Positions 47,616-56,173 of a stretch of 64,000 nt of DNA are shown here, piece by piece. The notes beneath the pieces were generated by a model. It was not told the origin of the DNA and ran no database searches. It saw only the letters and a list, made by a program, of their open reading frames with translations. Made by a program: the position numbers and the translations under genes. This stretch comes from Alphaproteobacteria bacterium. GTDB taxonomy: Bacteria > Pseudomonadota > Alphaproteobacteria > GM7ARS4 > G965262615. Where the stretch lies: contig OZ253545.1 in assembly GCA_965262615.1 (NCBI GenBank), positions 1,115,113 to 1,179,112 of the forward strand, in the 5' to 3' direction. How positions within the stretch are numbered: position 1 is the stretch's first letter; each line of letters begins with the position of its first letter.

Positions 47616-48010
47616 ACAAGATGGTGAATTTTTTCATGATGCCCTTGAGGGGATTTTGAGTTTTTGCCATCACGACCATCCAAATAGGTCTTGTAGAAAA
47701 GATTGTGATAGTGAGCAATGAGCTGTGTGACATCATTGTCATCTTCCACTCTAAAAACACGCACATTTCTGACACACTGACCAAACCACTCATGATGTGC
47801 CACCATCTCTTGCAAGGCACTGACGCACTCCAGCCAAGAAGATGCTCCCAAATAGACACTGCCCTGCACATTGACCAAAGCATACTTCTTGAAAACATCA
47901 CCAATGGCTTTGTAGGCATTTTGATAGGAAGTGGGACATTCTCGCTCCAGACACTTTGTGTCCATATCAAACACCACGGCATAAGTTGAACTGCTGGTTT
48001 TCGGTGTCAT
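47612..48010 (-). CDS. vapD: VapD-family (Cas2-fold) endoribonuclease-like protein
   Basis: YAVVFDMD...YQNAYKAIGDVFKKYALVNVQGSVYLG...EWFGQCVRNVRVFRVEDDNDVTQ parallels H. pylori/Haemophilus VapD (YALAFDL...QGSVYV...EWFKKSVRDIRAFKVEDFSD). Confidence 0.75.
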   Translation of the reverse strand: MTPKTSSSTYAVVFDMDTKCLERECPTSYQNAYKAIGDVFKKYALVNVQGSVYLGASSWLECVSALQEMVAHHEWFGQCVRNVRVFRVEDDNDVTQLIAHYHNLFYKTYLDGRDGKNSKSPQGHHEKIHHLV

Positions 48011-48027
48011 GGTTCTAATTTAATCAA

Positions 48028-48807
48028 TTACGATAACGATAGCAAGCTTGTGTCATAAGGCGGATGGCGGGCAAAAAATTCTTCTGACAATGGCTGATGA
48101 AACGGCAGATGACCGACAATTGACACATCACCATAACGCTCAATTGCGGACGCGTTTTCATCATCGGCGTCTCCCACCAACACGACTCCCGCCACCTCAA
48201 TGCCGTGCAGACGCAATGCCTGCAGTGTCAAACAGGTATGATTGATCGTTCCCAGAGCGGTGCGCGCCACCACAATCGCCGATGCTTGCCACAAGGCAAA
48301 GGCATCAATCATGAATTGGGAATCATTGAGAGGCACCATCACGCCGCCTGCGCCTTCAATGATGAGAGGGGCATCATCAGGAGTTGGCGGTGTCAATTGG
48401 TCAAGGGCAATGGTGACTCCTTCGGCGGCGGCGGCTTCATGAGGCGAGCGCGCCAGCTGAAAATCATAGGCGGGAGGTGCGGCAACCACGCCGCCCAGTG
48501 ATGCCACACGAGATGAATCATCCGTGCCGCTCTCGTCTCGTCCGCATTGAATCGCCTTCCAGTAAGCCCCGCCACCATGATGCAGCAACCACGCCGCCAC
48601 CACGGTTTTACCCACATTGGTATCGCTTCCTGTGACAATCATACGAGGTGTCATATTGTCTTTTTGGCTGTCTTTTTGGGTCATGATAGCCGCCGCGCCA
48701 CACGATAGGCAATTTTCCAATCCACAATCAAGGGTGTCTGTTGACGCACCACCCACGCTCGCTCGCCGAAGGGCGCGCCTTTGTATGAGGCGGCGGCGGT
48801 GTGACAT
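48028..48807 (-). CDS. bioD: Dethiobiotin synthetase
   Basis: P-loop VTGSDTNVGKT. True start is probably the internal Met (MTPRMIVTG). Confidence 0.85.
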   Translation of the reverse strand: MSHRRRLIQRRALRRASVGGASTDTLDCGLENCLSCGAAAIMTQKDSQKDNMTPRMIVTGSDTNVGKTVVAAWLLHHGGGAYWKAIQCGRDESGTDDSSRVASLGGVVAAPPAYDFQLARSPHEAAAAEGVTIALDQLTPPTPDDAPLIIEGAGGVMVPLNDSQFMIDAFALWQASAIVVARTALGTINHTCLTLQALRLHGIEVAGVVLVGDADDENASAIERYGDVSIVGHLPFHQPLSEEFFARHPPYDTSLLSLS

Positions 48808-49463
48808 CCTGTCATTTTCAATTGACGCACAAAGGCGCGCGGGGAGGCGGCAAACTGCTCATGAACAATGGTCTCAGATGCGAGTGTATCGCAATGAGCG
48901 AGACGCAGCCATTCATCCAGTTCAGACGCGCACGGCAGAGGCAGCAATCCATGACGCAACGCCCGCGAGCCAATCAATCGCCGCCATGACGACCAGCTCT
49001 GTGCCAACGGCACAGAAAACGCCAGCAAGCCTCCATCCGCCACCAACGATGCCAGTTTTTCCAGTGCTCGCGCGCCATCATTCATCCAGTGAAGCCCCAT
49101 GTTGATGGTGACAAGATCAAAGATGCCCGCCCGCACCGCCAGCCGATTCACATCCCCCACCACACGCCCCACAGATGATGACACTTCCCGCATCATGGCA
49201 TGACTGCAATCCATCATCACGACACGACCCGTCGCCACCGTTCCATAACGACAACGCGCCTCATACAATGCACCCGTGCCACACGCCACATCCAACCAGT
49301 GGCGCGGCGCATCATGAACCGACAGCATCCGCGCCAAATGGGCGGCAATGGTCTTTTGCACCGTTGCCCATTCATCATAGTGAGGCGCGGCGCGTGAGAA
49401 ATTAGCATGACACTCACGAACCGACATGAGACATACAGTCACGAATGGCGGCGGCACAGTCAT
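48681..49463 (-). CDS. bioC: Malonyl-ACP O-methyltransferase
   Basis: SAM motif I LDVACGTGAL, and MGLHWMND. Confidence 0.8.
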   Translation of the reverse strand: MTVPPPFVTVCLMSVRECHANFSRAAPHYDEWATVQKTIAAHLARMLSVHDAPRHWLDVACGTGALYEARCRYGTVATGRVVMMDCSHAMMREVSSSVGRVVGDVNRLAVRAGIFDLVTINMGLHWMNDGARALEKLASLVADGGLLAFSVPLAQSWSSWRRLIGSRALRHGLLPLPCASELDEWLRLAHCDTLASETIVHEQFAASPRAFVRQLKMTGCHTAAASYKGAPFGERAWVVRQQTPLIVDWKIAYRVARRLS

Positions 49464-50043
49464 GAGGATGGGTCACAGGCAGCAGGTGATTGCCATCATC
49501 ACACCAGCGCACAGGCTTTATGGTGCATTGTGGTGACACAATGGCATCGCGCCGTCCCGCCAAAGACACAATGGGAACATGGCTCTTGTGCAGTTGCTCA
49601 AGAGGTTTCCGTCCATCCCATGTGGCAAGCCAGTGCAATCCCTCGTCCAGACGCTGCCAGTTGTAGCGGCAGTGCGGCATGGATGACACACCACACGCTC
49701 TATGAAAATTCGCCACCGTCTCTTGCGGCGATGTTTGCAGACGCTGCCTCATGGCGCGCAACGCGGCTTTGGTGTCAGAAGTGACAAAATGACTAAACCC
49801 ATTGATGCTCACATATCCATCATACACGACTGGCTGCATGAGCAGCCATAAAAATCCGAGAGAATGTCCCACCGCCACAGTTTTGTGTGCCGTCTTCTCA
49901 TGCCATTGCGGCGTGCCACTAAATCCCAAATTGATGTGGTTCACGGGTTCATCATGCCACAGCGAATCAACGAACCGCCACAGACGCTCATCCCACGCCC
50001 AGCCATGAACAAAAAGGATGGTCATGATGATTTCTCCTGCCAT
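49414..50043 (-). CDS. bioH: Pimeloyl-ACP methyl ester esterase (BioH-like alpha/beta hydrolase)
   Basis: LFVHGWAWDERLW and the nucleophile elbow GHSLG, in bio-operon context. Confidence 0.75.
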   Translation of the reverse strand: MAGEIIMTILFVHGWAWDERLWRFVDSLWHDEPVNHINLGFSGTPQWHEKTAHKTVAVGHSLGFLWLLMQPVVYDGYVSINGFSHFVTSDTKAALRAMRQRLQTSPQETVANFHRACGVSSMPHCRYNWQRLDEGLHWLATWDGRKPLEQLHKSHVPIVSLAGRRDAIVSPQCTIKPVRWCDDGNHLLPVTHPHDCAAAIRDCMSHVGS

Positions 50044-51197
50044 GACAACAAAAGGCTCGCCACACGGTCTATATCATCCTTGCGATGCGCGGCAGACAAG
50101 GAAAGACGCAAGCGCGCCGTGTGCGGCGGCACGGTGGGCGGACGCACAGCAGGCACAAAAAAGCCATGCTCATAAAGAAAATCCGATGCCGCCAGAGCGC
50201 GCTCATTAGAACCCATAATAATAGGCACAATAGGCGTGTCATGGGACGGGCAATTCAATTGATCGCCTAGAAATTGTCTGAGGCGTTTGCCATGTGCCAT
50301 AACACTCTGTCTCAGGTAATTCCATTGATTCATATTGTCAAACACCGCCTCAATGGCTCCCAGCACGGGCGGCGGCAGAGCGGTGGAATAAACCAGTCCC
50401 CCCGCTTTTTGCAGCAACAGCTGAGCGATGGTGTCATTGCAAAAACACACCGCGCCATAACAGCCATACGCCTTGCCAAAAGTCGCCGTGATGATGCCGC
50501 TCGGCATGGCGCGCGCCAAGCCGTGTCCATTTTTGCCCAACACACCAAAGGCATGGGCATCATCCAACAGCAGCAACGCATCGTATTCAGCTGCCAATGA
50601 TTGCAACATCGCCACATCACAGCAATCACCATCCATGCTAAACAGCGTGTCTGACACAATAAAACGACACAAATTTTTATCTCGGTCACGCTCAAGCAAT
50701 GATGCCAAGTGGTCATAATCCAAATGACGATATCGCCGCATACGCGCACCCGCCGTGCGCACGCCGTGATACAAACTGGCATGATTGAGACGATCCATAT
50801 AGACCATAGAATCAAAAGGTAGAAGTGATTTATCCAAAACAGACGCTAACACACTGCCGTTACAGGAAAATCCATTGCCAAAAATAATGGCACGGGGCAT
50901 TTCTTTCGCCGCCGCCATGCGCGCCTCCAATTGCGCCACCGCCGTGAGTGATGCTCCCAGCAGGCGCGAGCCATTCATCCCCGTGCCATAGCGTTGCAAC
51001 CATCGCTGCGCACCCTCACGCACCACCTCATGATGACTCAGTCCCAAATAGTCATTGCTGGCGTAATTGACCAGTGTCCGACCACCAATGACCACCTCAC
51101 CAGCATCATAAGTCTCCACATGGGTTAAATGACGCAACGCTCCCTGCCTTTGCAATGCGCGCAAATAATCATCATAATAGGACAGCAATTGAGTCAT
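50022..51197 (-). CDS. bioF: 8-amino-7-oxononanoate synthase
   Basis: AONS/KBL family; PLP lysine in TFGKAYG; LDDAHAFGVLG. Confidence 0.85.
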   Translation of the reverse strand: MTQLLSYYDDYLRALQRQGALRHLTHVETYDAGEVVIGGRTLVNYASNDYLGLSHHEVVREGAQRWLQRYGTGMNGSRLLGASLTAVAQLEARMAAAKEMPRAIIFGNGFSCNGSVLASVLDKSLLPFDSMVYMDRLNHASLYHGVRTAGARMRRYRHLDYDHLASLLERDRDKNLCRFIVSDTLFSMDGDCCDVAMLQSLAAEYDALLLLDDAHAFGVLGKNGHGLARAMPSGIITATFGKAYGCYGAVCFCNDTIAQLLLQKAGGLVYSTALPPPVLGAIEAVFDNMNQWNYLRQSVMAHGKRLRQFLGDQLNCPSHDTPIVPIIMGSNERALAASDFLYEHGFFVPAVRPPTVPPHTARLRLSLSAAHRKDDIDRVASLLLSWQEKSS

Positions 51198-52194
51198 GAG
51201 CGACACACTATCACATTTTGGCAGATATCCCACCACGCGTCTGCGGCGTTTGCGTCAGCATGAGTGGCTGCGTCTTTTGGTGCGAGAGCATGAGCTGCGT
51301 CCTCATCACCTGATCATGCCTCTGTTTGTTCATGACCATCCTTCCACTCCCATTGAATCTCTGCCCACCCACCACAGATTGAGCCTTGATGACCTTTTGC
51401 ACAAAGCGGACGAATGTCTGCAGCACGGCATCACCGCCATTGCCCTGTTTGCCGTGATTGACGACACACTCAAAGATGACAAAGGCTCGCACGCCCTGCA
51501 AGAGGATAATCTGCTCTGTCGCGCCATAGCCCATGTGAAGAAGCATCACCCCCAATTGGGAGTCATTGCCGATGTGGCTCTTGACCCTTTCACCAGTCAC
51601 GGACACGATGGCATCGTGCGTGACGGCACAATTCTCAATGATGAGACCGTGGCGGTGCTGTGTCGCCAAGCGGTGCTGCAAGCTCACGCGGGAGCAGACA
51701 TCATCGCCCCCTCCGACATGATGGATGGACGCATTGCCGCCATTCGGCAGTCACTGGACGAATCACATCACACCCATTGTCTGATTTTATCTTATGCCGC
51801 AAAGTATGCCTCGGCATTTTATGGTCCTTTTCGTGATGCCGTGGGCAGCCGCTCTTTGCTGGGCACGAGTGATAAAAAAACCTACCAGATGGATTGTCAC
51901 AACAGACGCGAGGCATTGCGAGAAATCGCCCTTGATATTGATGAAGGAGCGGACATGGTCATGGTGAAGCCAGCCCTGCCCTATTTGGATGTCATTTGTC
52001 ATGCGGCGCAATCGTTTGCCGTGCCTTTGTTTGCCTATCAGGTGAGCGGTGAGTATGCCATGCTGCGTCATGGCAGCTCGCACCTCTCTTATGATGATTG
52101 TCTGCTGGAGTCTTTGGTCGCCATTCGCCGTGCGGGCGCACAAGCCATTGTGTCGTATGGCGCATTGGATGCCGCACGACTGCTCACATCATGA
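51196..52194 (+). CDS. hemB: Porphobilinogen synthase (delta-aminolevulinic acid dehydratase)
   Basis: Active-site region SDMMDGRI plus other conserved ALAD motifs. Confidence 0.88.
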   Translation: MSDTLSHFGRYPTTRLRRLRQHEWLRLLVREHELRPHHLIMPLFVHDHPSTPIESLPTHHRLSLDDLLHKADECLQHGITAIALFAVIDDTLKDDKGSHALQEDNLLCRAIAHVKKHHPQLGVIADVALDPFTSHGHDGIVRDGTILNDETVAVLCRQAVLQAHAGADIIAPSDMMDGRIAAIRQSLDESHHTHCLILSYAAKYASAFYGPFRDAVGSRSLLGTSDKKTYQMDCHNRREALREIALDIDEGADMVMVKPALPYLDVICHAAQSFAVPLFAYQVSGEYAMLRHGSSHLSYDDCLLESLVAIRRAGAQAIVSYGALDAARLLTS

Positions 52195-53309
52195 CCACAC
52201 CGCCACTGCAAGGCATCACCGTCATTGACTGCAGCCGTGTGCTGGCGGGACCCTTTGCCACCATGATTTTGAGCGATCTTGGCGCGCGCGTCATCAAAGT
52301 AGAATCCGAGACCGGTGATGACGCACGCGCCATTGGGCCCTTTGTCAATGGACAATCCCTCTATTTTGCCTCACTCAATCGCGGCAAGGAAAGCGTCACC
52401 CTCAATCTCAAAAAAGACAGCCACCGCTCGCTCTTTGAAGACATGCTCGCCACCGCCGACATTCTGGTGGAGAACTTTCGCCCCGGCGTGATGCAACGAC
52501 TGGGCTACGACTGGCTCACCCTTCATGAACGCTATAAACGGCTGATTCTGGCATCCATCAGTGGCTTTGGGCAGGAAGGGACGCGGCGCGCAAAGCCCGC
52601 CTATGACATCATCATTCAAGCCATGAGCGGCATGATGAGCATCAATGGTGAGGAAAACAGCGAGGGGGTGCGGGTCGGCACATCCATCGGCGACATGACG
52701 GCTGGACTCTATGGCGTGGCGGGCATTCTCGCCGCCCTTCACAAGCGGCACAGCAGCGGCGTGGGGTCTCATGTGGACATCGCCATGCTGGATTGTCAGG
52801 TCGCCCTGCTGGAAAATGCCCTCGTGCGCTATGCCAGTGACGGCATTGTGCCGCGCCCCATTGGTAATCGTCATCCCAGCATCACCCCCTTTGCCAGTTT
52901 TCAAACCAAAGATCGTCCCATTGTCATTGCCTGTGGCAATGACGCACTGTTTGCCTCTTTGTGTCGGGCTCTCAAGCAGCCGCAGTGGCTTGATGACACA
53001 CGCTTTGCCACCAATGACCAACGCACCAAACATCACCATCAGCTGCACCAACTGATTGAATCGTGCCTTGCCACCAAGACCGCCGATGAATGGATTGATA
53101 TGCTGGAGAAAAACGCCATCCCCGTGGGACTCATTCGCACCGTGGCTGAGGTGTGTGACGACAAGAATCTACGCGCCCGCCGTATGCTGGTCGCGGTGCA
53201 TGACACCGCCGCAGGCCCCATCACCGTGAGTGGCAACCCCATCAAAATCAGCAACTGCCCCGATGATGACACACGACCACCACCACCCCTCAAAAAGCCT
53301 CTTGCATAA
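52191..53309 (+). CDS. Family III CoA-transferase (CaiB/BaiF-like)
   Basis: N-terminal GITVIDCSRVLAGPFATMILSDLGARVIKVE is a family-III CoA-transferase signature. Confidence 0.8.
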   Translation: MTTPPLQGITVIDCSRVLAGPFATMILSDLGARVIKVESETGDDARAIGPFVNGQSLYFASLNRGKESVTLNLKKDSHRSLFEDMLATADILVENFRPGVMQRLGYDWLTLHERYKRLILASISGFGQEGTRRAKPAYDIIIQAMSGMMSINGEENSEGVRVGTSIGDMTAGLYGVAGILAALHKRHSSGVGSHVDIAMLDCQVALLENALVRYASDGIVPRPIGNRHPSITPFASFQTKDRPIVIACGNDALFASLCRALKQPQWLDDTRFATNDQRTKHHHQLHQLIESCLATKTADEWIDMLEKNAIPVGLIRTVAEVCDDKNLRARRMLVAVHDTAAGPITVSGNPIKISNCPDDDTRPPPPLKKPLA

Positions 53310-53348
53310 TCAATAAAGTCATGGCAAAAGAAAACGAGGAATAATACG

Positions 53349-54860
53349 ATGATAAAATCGGGCAGTCTTGCAAAAGGCATTACGACAATCTTTTTCTTTG
53401 GCATCATTGCGTATGGTTTGGCTCTCGCCTTTCCCATAGAGGGAGCGTGTAGCCTCACCAGTGCTTCATTGGATGCCCGTATCAATCACGCCATTTGCCC
53501 CATCAGCAGCAGTTTGGCGTCCTTGGTGTTTTTCACCGTGCCGTTTTTTGGTGGCGAAGCCATGTTTGTGGTCTTGTTGCTCATCGGCACGGCTCTTGTG
53601 CTCACTTTTTATCTCAATTTTGTCAATATCAGAGGCTTGAGGCAATCGTGGCGCGTGCTCAAAAAAGGACGCACAAAGGAAAAAGAAGGCGCAGGCGAAC
53701 TCAGTCACTTTCAAGCCATGACCGCCGCCCTTTCGGGAACGGTGGGACTGGGAAATATTGCTGGAGTCGCCATTGCCATCTCCATCGGAGGACCGGGCGC
53801 AATCTTTTGGATGGTGGTCGCAGGATTTCTCGCCATGGCAACCAAATTCGCCGAATGCACCATCGGACACCAATACCGACACATTCGCAAAGATGGCAGT
53901 GTCTCGGGCGGGGCGATGTATTATCTCACCATTGGACTTGGGGAACGGCGAATGCCCATGCTGGGCAGTGTTCTGAGCTCGGCTTTTGCGCTGTTTTGTG
54001 TGGGCGTTTCCCTCGGAGCCGGCAACATGTTTCAAGCCAACCAAGCCTTTGAACAACTGGACAGTGTGGTCTCTCACAGTCTGCTGGGTTATGGCTGGCT
54101 CTTTGGCACGGTGGTGGCGGTGATGGTGGCTTTTGTCATTATTGGCGGCATCAAAAGCATCGGCAGAGTCACCGAAAAACTCGTGCCCACCATGGGCGCG
54201 ATTTATATCATCGGCTGTCTTTTGATTATTATGACGCATATCGGTCAGCTGCCCGAAACTTTTGCTAAAATCATACACCAAGCCTTCACCCCCGATGCCC
54301 AATACGGCGGCATCATTGGCGTGATGATGTGGGGCTTTCGCCGCGCTCTGTTCTCCAATGAGGCGGGACTGGGCTCTGCCCCCATTGCCTATGCCGCCGT
54401 CAAGACAAAAAACTCCGCCTCCGTAGGATACATCGCCCTGCTGGGGCCCTTTATTGACACAGTCGTCATTTGCACCATGACGGGACTCGTGATTGTCATC
54501 AGTGGCTCCTATCTCGGCACGGAAGGGCTCACAGGAGTCACCATGACCTCCCAAGCCTTTGCATCGGTTGCTTCTTGGTTTCCCTATGTGCTCACGGTGG
54601 CGATTTTATTGTTCTCGTTCTCCACCCTCATCACATGGTCTTATTATGGACTGAAGGGCTGGAGCTTTTTGTTTGGTGAGAGCAAATTCACCGAAGGCGT
54701 GTTCAAGACACTCTTTTGCGTCTGTATTGTTGTGGGAGCGGCGATGGATGTGACCCAAATCGTCAATTTGTCCGATGCCATGATCTTCCTCATGCTTGTG
54801 CCTAATTTGGTGGGACTCATCATCTTCGCCCCCACCATCCGAAAACATTTGGCTTCATAA
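53349..54860 (+). CDS. Alanine/glycine:cation symporter (AGCS family)
   Basis: GGPGAIFWMVVAGFLAMATKFAEC motif; about 11 TM segments; 503 aa. Confidence 0.85.
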   Translation: MIKSGSLAKGITTIFFFGIIAYGLALAFPIEGACSLTSASLDARINHAICPISSSLASLVFFTVPFFGGEAMFVVLLLIGTALVLTFYLNFVNIRGLRQSWRVLKKGRTKEKEGAGELSHFQAMTAALSGTVGLGNIAGVAIAISIGGPGAIFWMVVAGFLAMATKFAECTIGHQYRHIRKDGSVSGGAMYYLTIGLGERRMPMLGSVLSSAFALFCVGVSLGAGNMFQANQAFEQLDSVVSHSLLGYGWLFGTVVAVMVAFVIIGGIKSIGRVTEKLVPTMGAIYIIGCLLIIMTHIGQLPETFAKIIHQAFTPDAQYGGIIGVMMWGFRRALFSNEAGLGSAPIAYAAVKTKNSASVGYIALLGPFIDTVVICTMTGLVIVISGSYLGTEGLTGVTMTSQAFASVASWFPYVLTVAILLFSFSTLITWSYYGLKGWSFLFGESKFTEGVFKTLFCVCIVVGAAMDVTQIVNLSDAMIFLMLVPNLVGLIIFAPTIRKHLAS

Positions 54861-54882
54861 TCCGAGCTCATGAAAATAGAAA

Positions 54883-54910
54883 AGCCCAAGCCCCGAAAGG
54901 CTTGAGCTTT
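54883..54910. terminator. Bidirectional rho-independent terminator hairpin (10-bp stem, 1 mismatch, loop CCGAAA)
   Basis: AGCCCAAGCC-CCGAAA-GGCTTGAGCT, flanked by T-rich sequence on the minus strand and TTT on the plus strand. It sits between the convergent symporter and the pqqA-like ORF. Confidence 0.6.
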
Positions 54911-54932
54911 CCCTACCGAATGGCTGAAGCTC

Positions 54933-55010
54933 TTAGACTTCGGCGCAAGCGTAGCTGTTGATTTCCAAACCAACGCTCACTTCGGTGACCTTAGGTGTGT
55001 TCCAAGACAT
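54933..55010 (-). CDS. pqqA: PqqA-like 25-aa RiPP precursor peptide (coenzyme PQQ precursor family)
   Basis: MSWNTPKVTEVSVGLEINSYACAEV aligns position-by-position with Methylorubrum PqqA (MKWAAPIVSEICVGMEVTSYESAEI), including the crosslinked E-x-x-x-Y pair. An AAGGAG RBS lies 7 nt upstream. Missing from the ORF track because it is under 60 aa. Confidence 0.7.
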   Translation of the reverse strand: MSWNTPKVTEVSVGLEINSYACAEV

Positions 55011-55161
55011 GGCACGACTCCTTTAGGGTTGACAAAACGATGAACTCCCGTTCACTTGTCGCCAACATAGACTTCTTGTGTGAATAGAAAATGAAAATGA
55101 TAATGATTTGCAAAAAAATACAACAAAATTAACTAAGGGAATTAATTTGACACACGGCAAA

Positions 55162-55458
55162 TTATGGCAGTTTTCTTGGGTCTTTTACCACCCTACGAAT
55201 TCTACGGTCTTTGATCATCTTGCGTCTTTTCGCAATCCCCTCTTTCAAGGGGAAGTCAGGGCACAACCCATGTGCTTTGGCATTAGCCATCATAACCAAA
55301 AAACTATGTGTGTATGGCGGCATCTCATCATCATCCTCCACCAAGATGGTGCTTGCGTTTTTACCTTCACGCAAAAGCTGTCTTTTTAATGCGATCGTTT
55401 CGGGCGGGTCATTAGGCTTGATCGGTGCTTGTTTGGGTGTCCATTCAAATGTGCTCAT
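55162..55458 (-). CDS. Hypothetical protein (98 aa)
   Basis: ORF only; no family recognised. Confidence 0.3.
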   Translation of the reverse strand: MSTFEWTPKQAPIKPNDPPETIALKRQLLREGKNASTILVEDDDEMPPYTHSFLVMMANAKAHGLCPDFPLKEGIAKRRKMIKDRRIRRVVKDPRKLP

Positions 55459-55472
55459 GACGACACCCTTAA

Positions 55473-55778
55473 CTAATCATCGCTGCCGCACTTGCCCTCG
55501 CCGATACAAATGGCATAGGCTGATGCGCCCACAACAATCATGGTGGGCACAGCCGATATGACCGTGGCGGCGGCATCACAGGTATCAAACTGTTTAATCA
55601 GCTGCTCCTTTGTGAACGGCGGACGACGCTTATTCTCAAGGGCATCCTTATAGCGCACCAGTTCCACCTCAAGGGCACTCTTACACGCCGAGCCATAAGG
55701 CACAAGCACCGTGGACTTGCCAACACTGCACCCCGTCAGCACAACAGACACCATCAATAAAGAAAAAATCCTCATCAT
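55473..55778 (-). CDS. Small lipoprotein (lipobox LTGC) with C-terminal hydrophobic segment; tandem paralog 1
   Basis: MMRIFSLLMVSVVLTGCSVGKSTVLVPYGSACKSALEVELVRYKDALE...; about 65% identical to the next gene. Confidence 0.55.
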   Translation of the reverse strand: MMRIFSLLMVSVVLTGCSVGKSTVLVPYGSACKSALEVELVRYKDALENKRRPPFTKEQLIKQFDTCDAAATVISAVPTMIVVGASAYAICIGEGKCGSDD

Positions 55779-56125
55779 CCACCTCCACCACCTTGACTAT
55801 TTGTCGGTGGCGGTGGCCCATCGTCATCATCAGAGCCGCATTTGCCTTCACCGAGACAGAAGGCATACGCCGATGCTCCCACAACAATAATCGCCGGCAC
55901 CGCCGAGACCACCGTCGCCACCGAATCACAGTCATCAAACTGATTGATCAAATCATCCTTTGAGAACGATGGGCGACGCTTGCGCTCCAACTCATCCTCA
56001 TGACGCACCAACTCCACTTCAAGAGCATCCTTACACGCCGTCCCAAAAGGAACAAGAACCGTGGACTTGCCAATGCTACACCCCGAAATCAAGGCACATA
56101 AACCCAGTAAGAACAAAAATCTCAT
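55775..56125 (-). CDS. Small lipoprotein (lipobox ISGC); tandem paralog 2 with Asp/Pro/Gly-rich tail
   Basis: MRFLFLLGLCALISGCSIGKSTVLVPFGTACKDALEVELVRHEDELE... The exact start is ambiguous (Met at 56125 or further upstream). Confidence 0.55.
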   Translation of the reverse strand: MRFLFLLGLCALISGCSIGKSTVLVPFGTACKDALEVELVRHEDELERKRRPSFSKDDLINQFDDCDSVATVVSAVPAIIVVGASAYAFCLGEGKCGSDDDDGPPPPTNSQGGGGG

Positions 56126-56173
56126 AACCTTTCTCTCCTCAACTCGTAGGGTCATTGTGCCACAAATTGTCAC

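Noticed and set aside
53466-54554. 362-aa minus-strand ORF
   Set aside because: Antisense to the AGCS symporter, Gly/His/Asp-rich and low-complexity. The symporter frame carries the family motifs.
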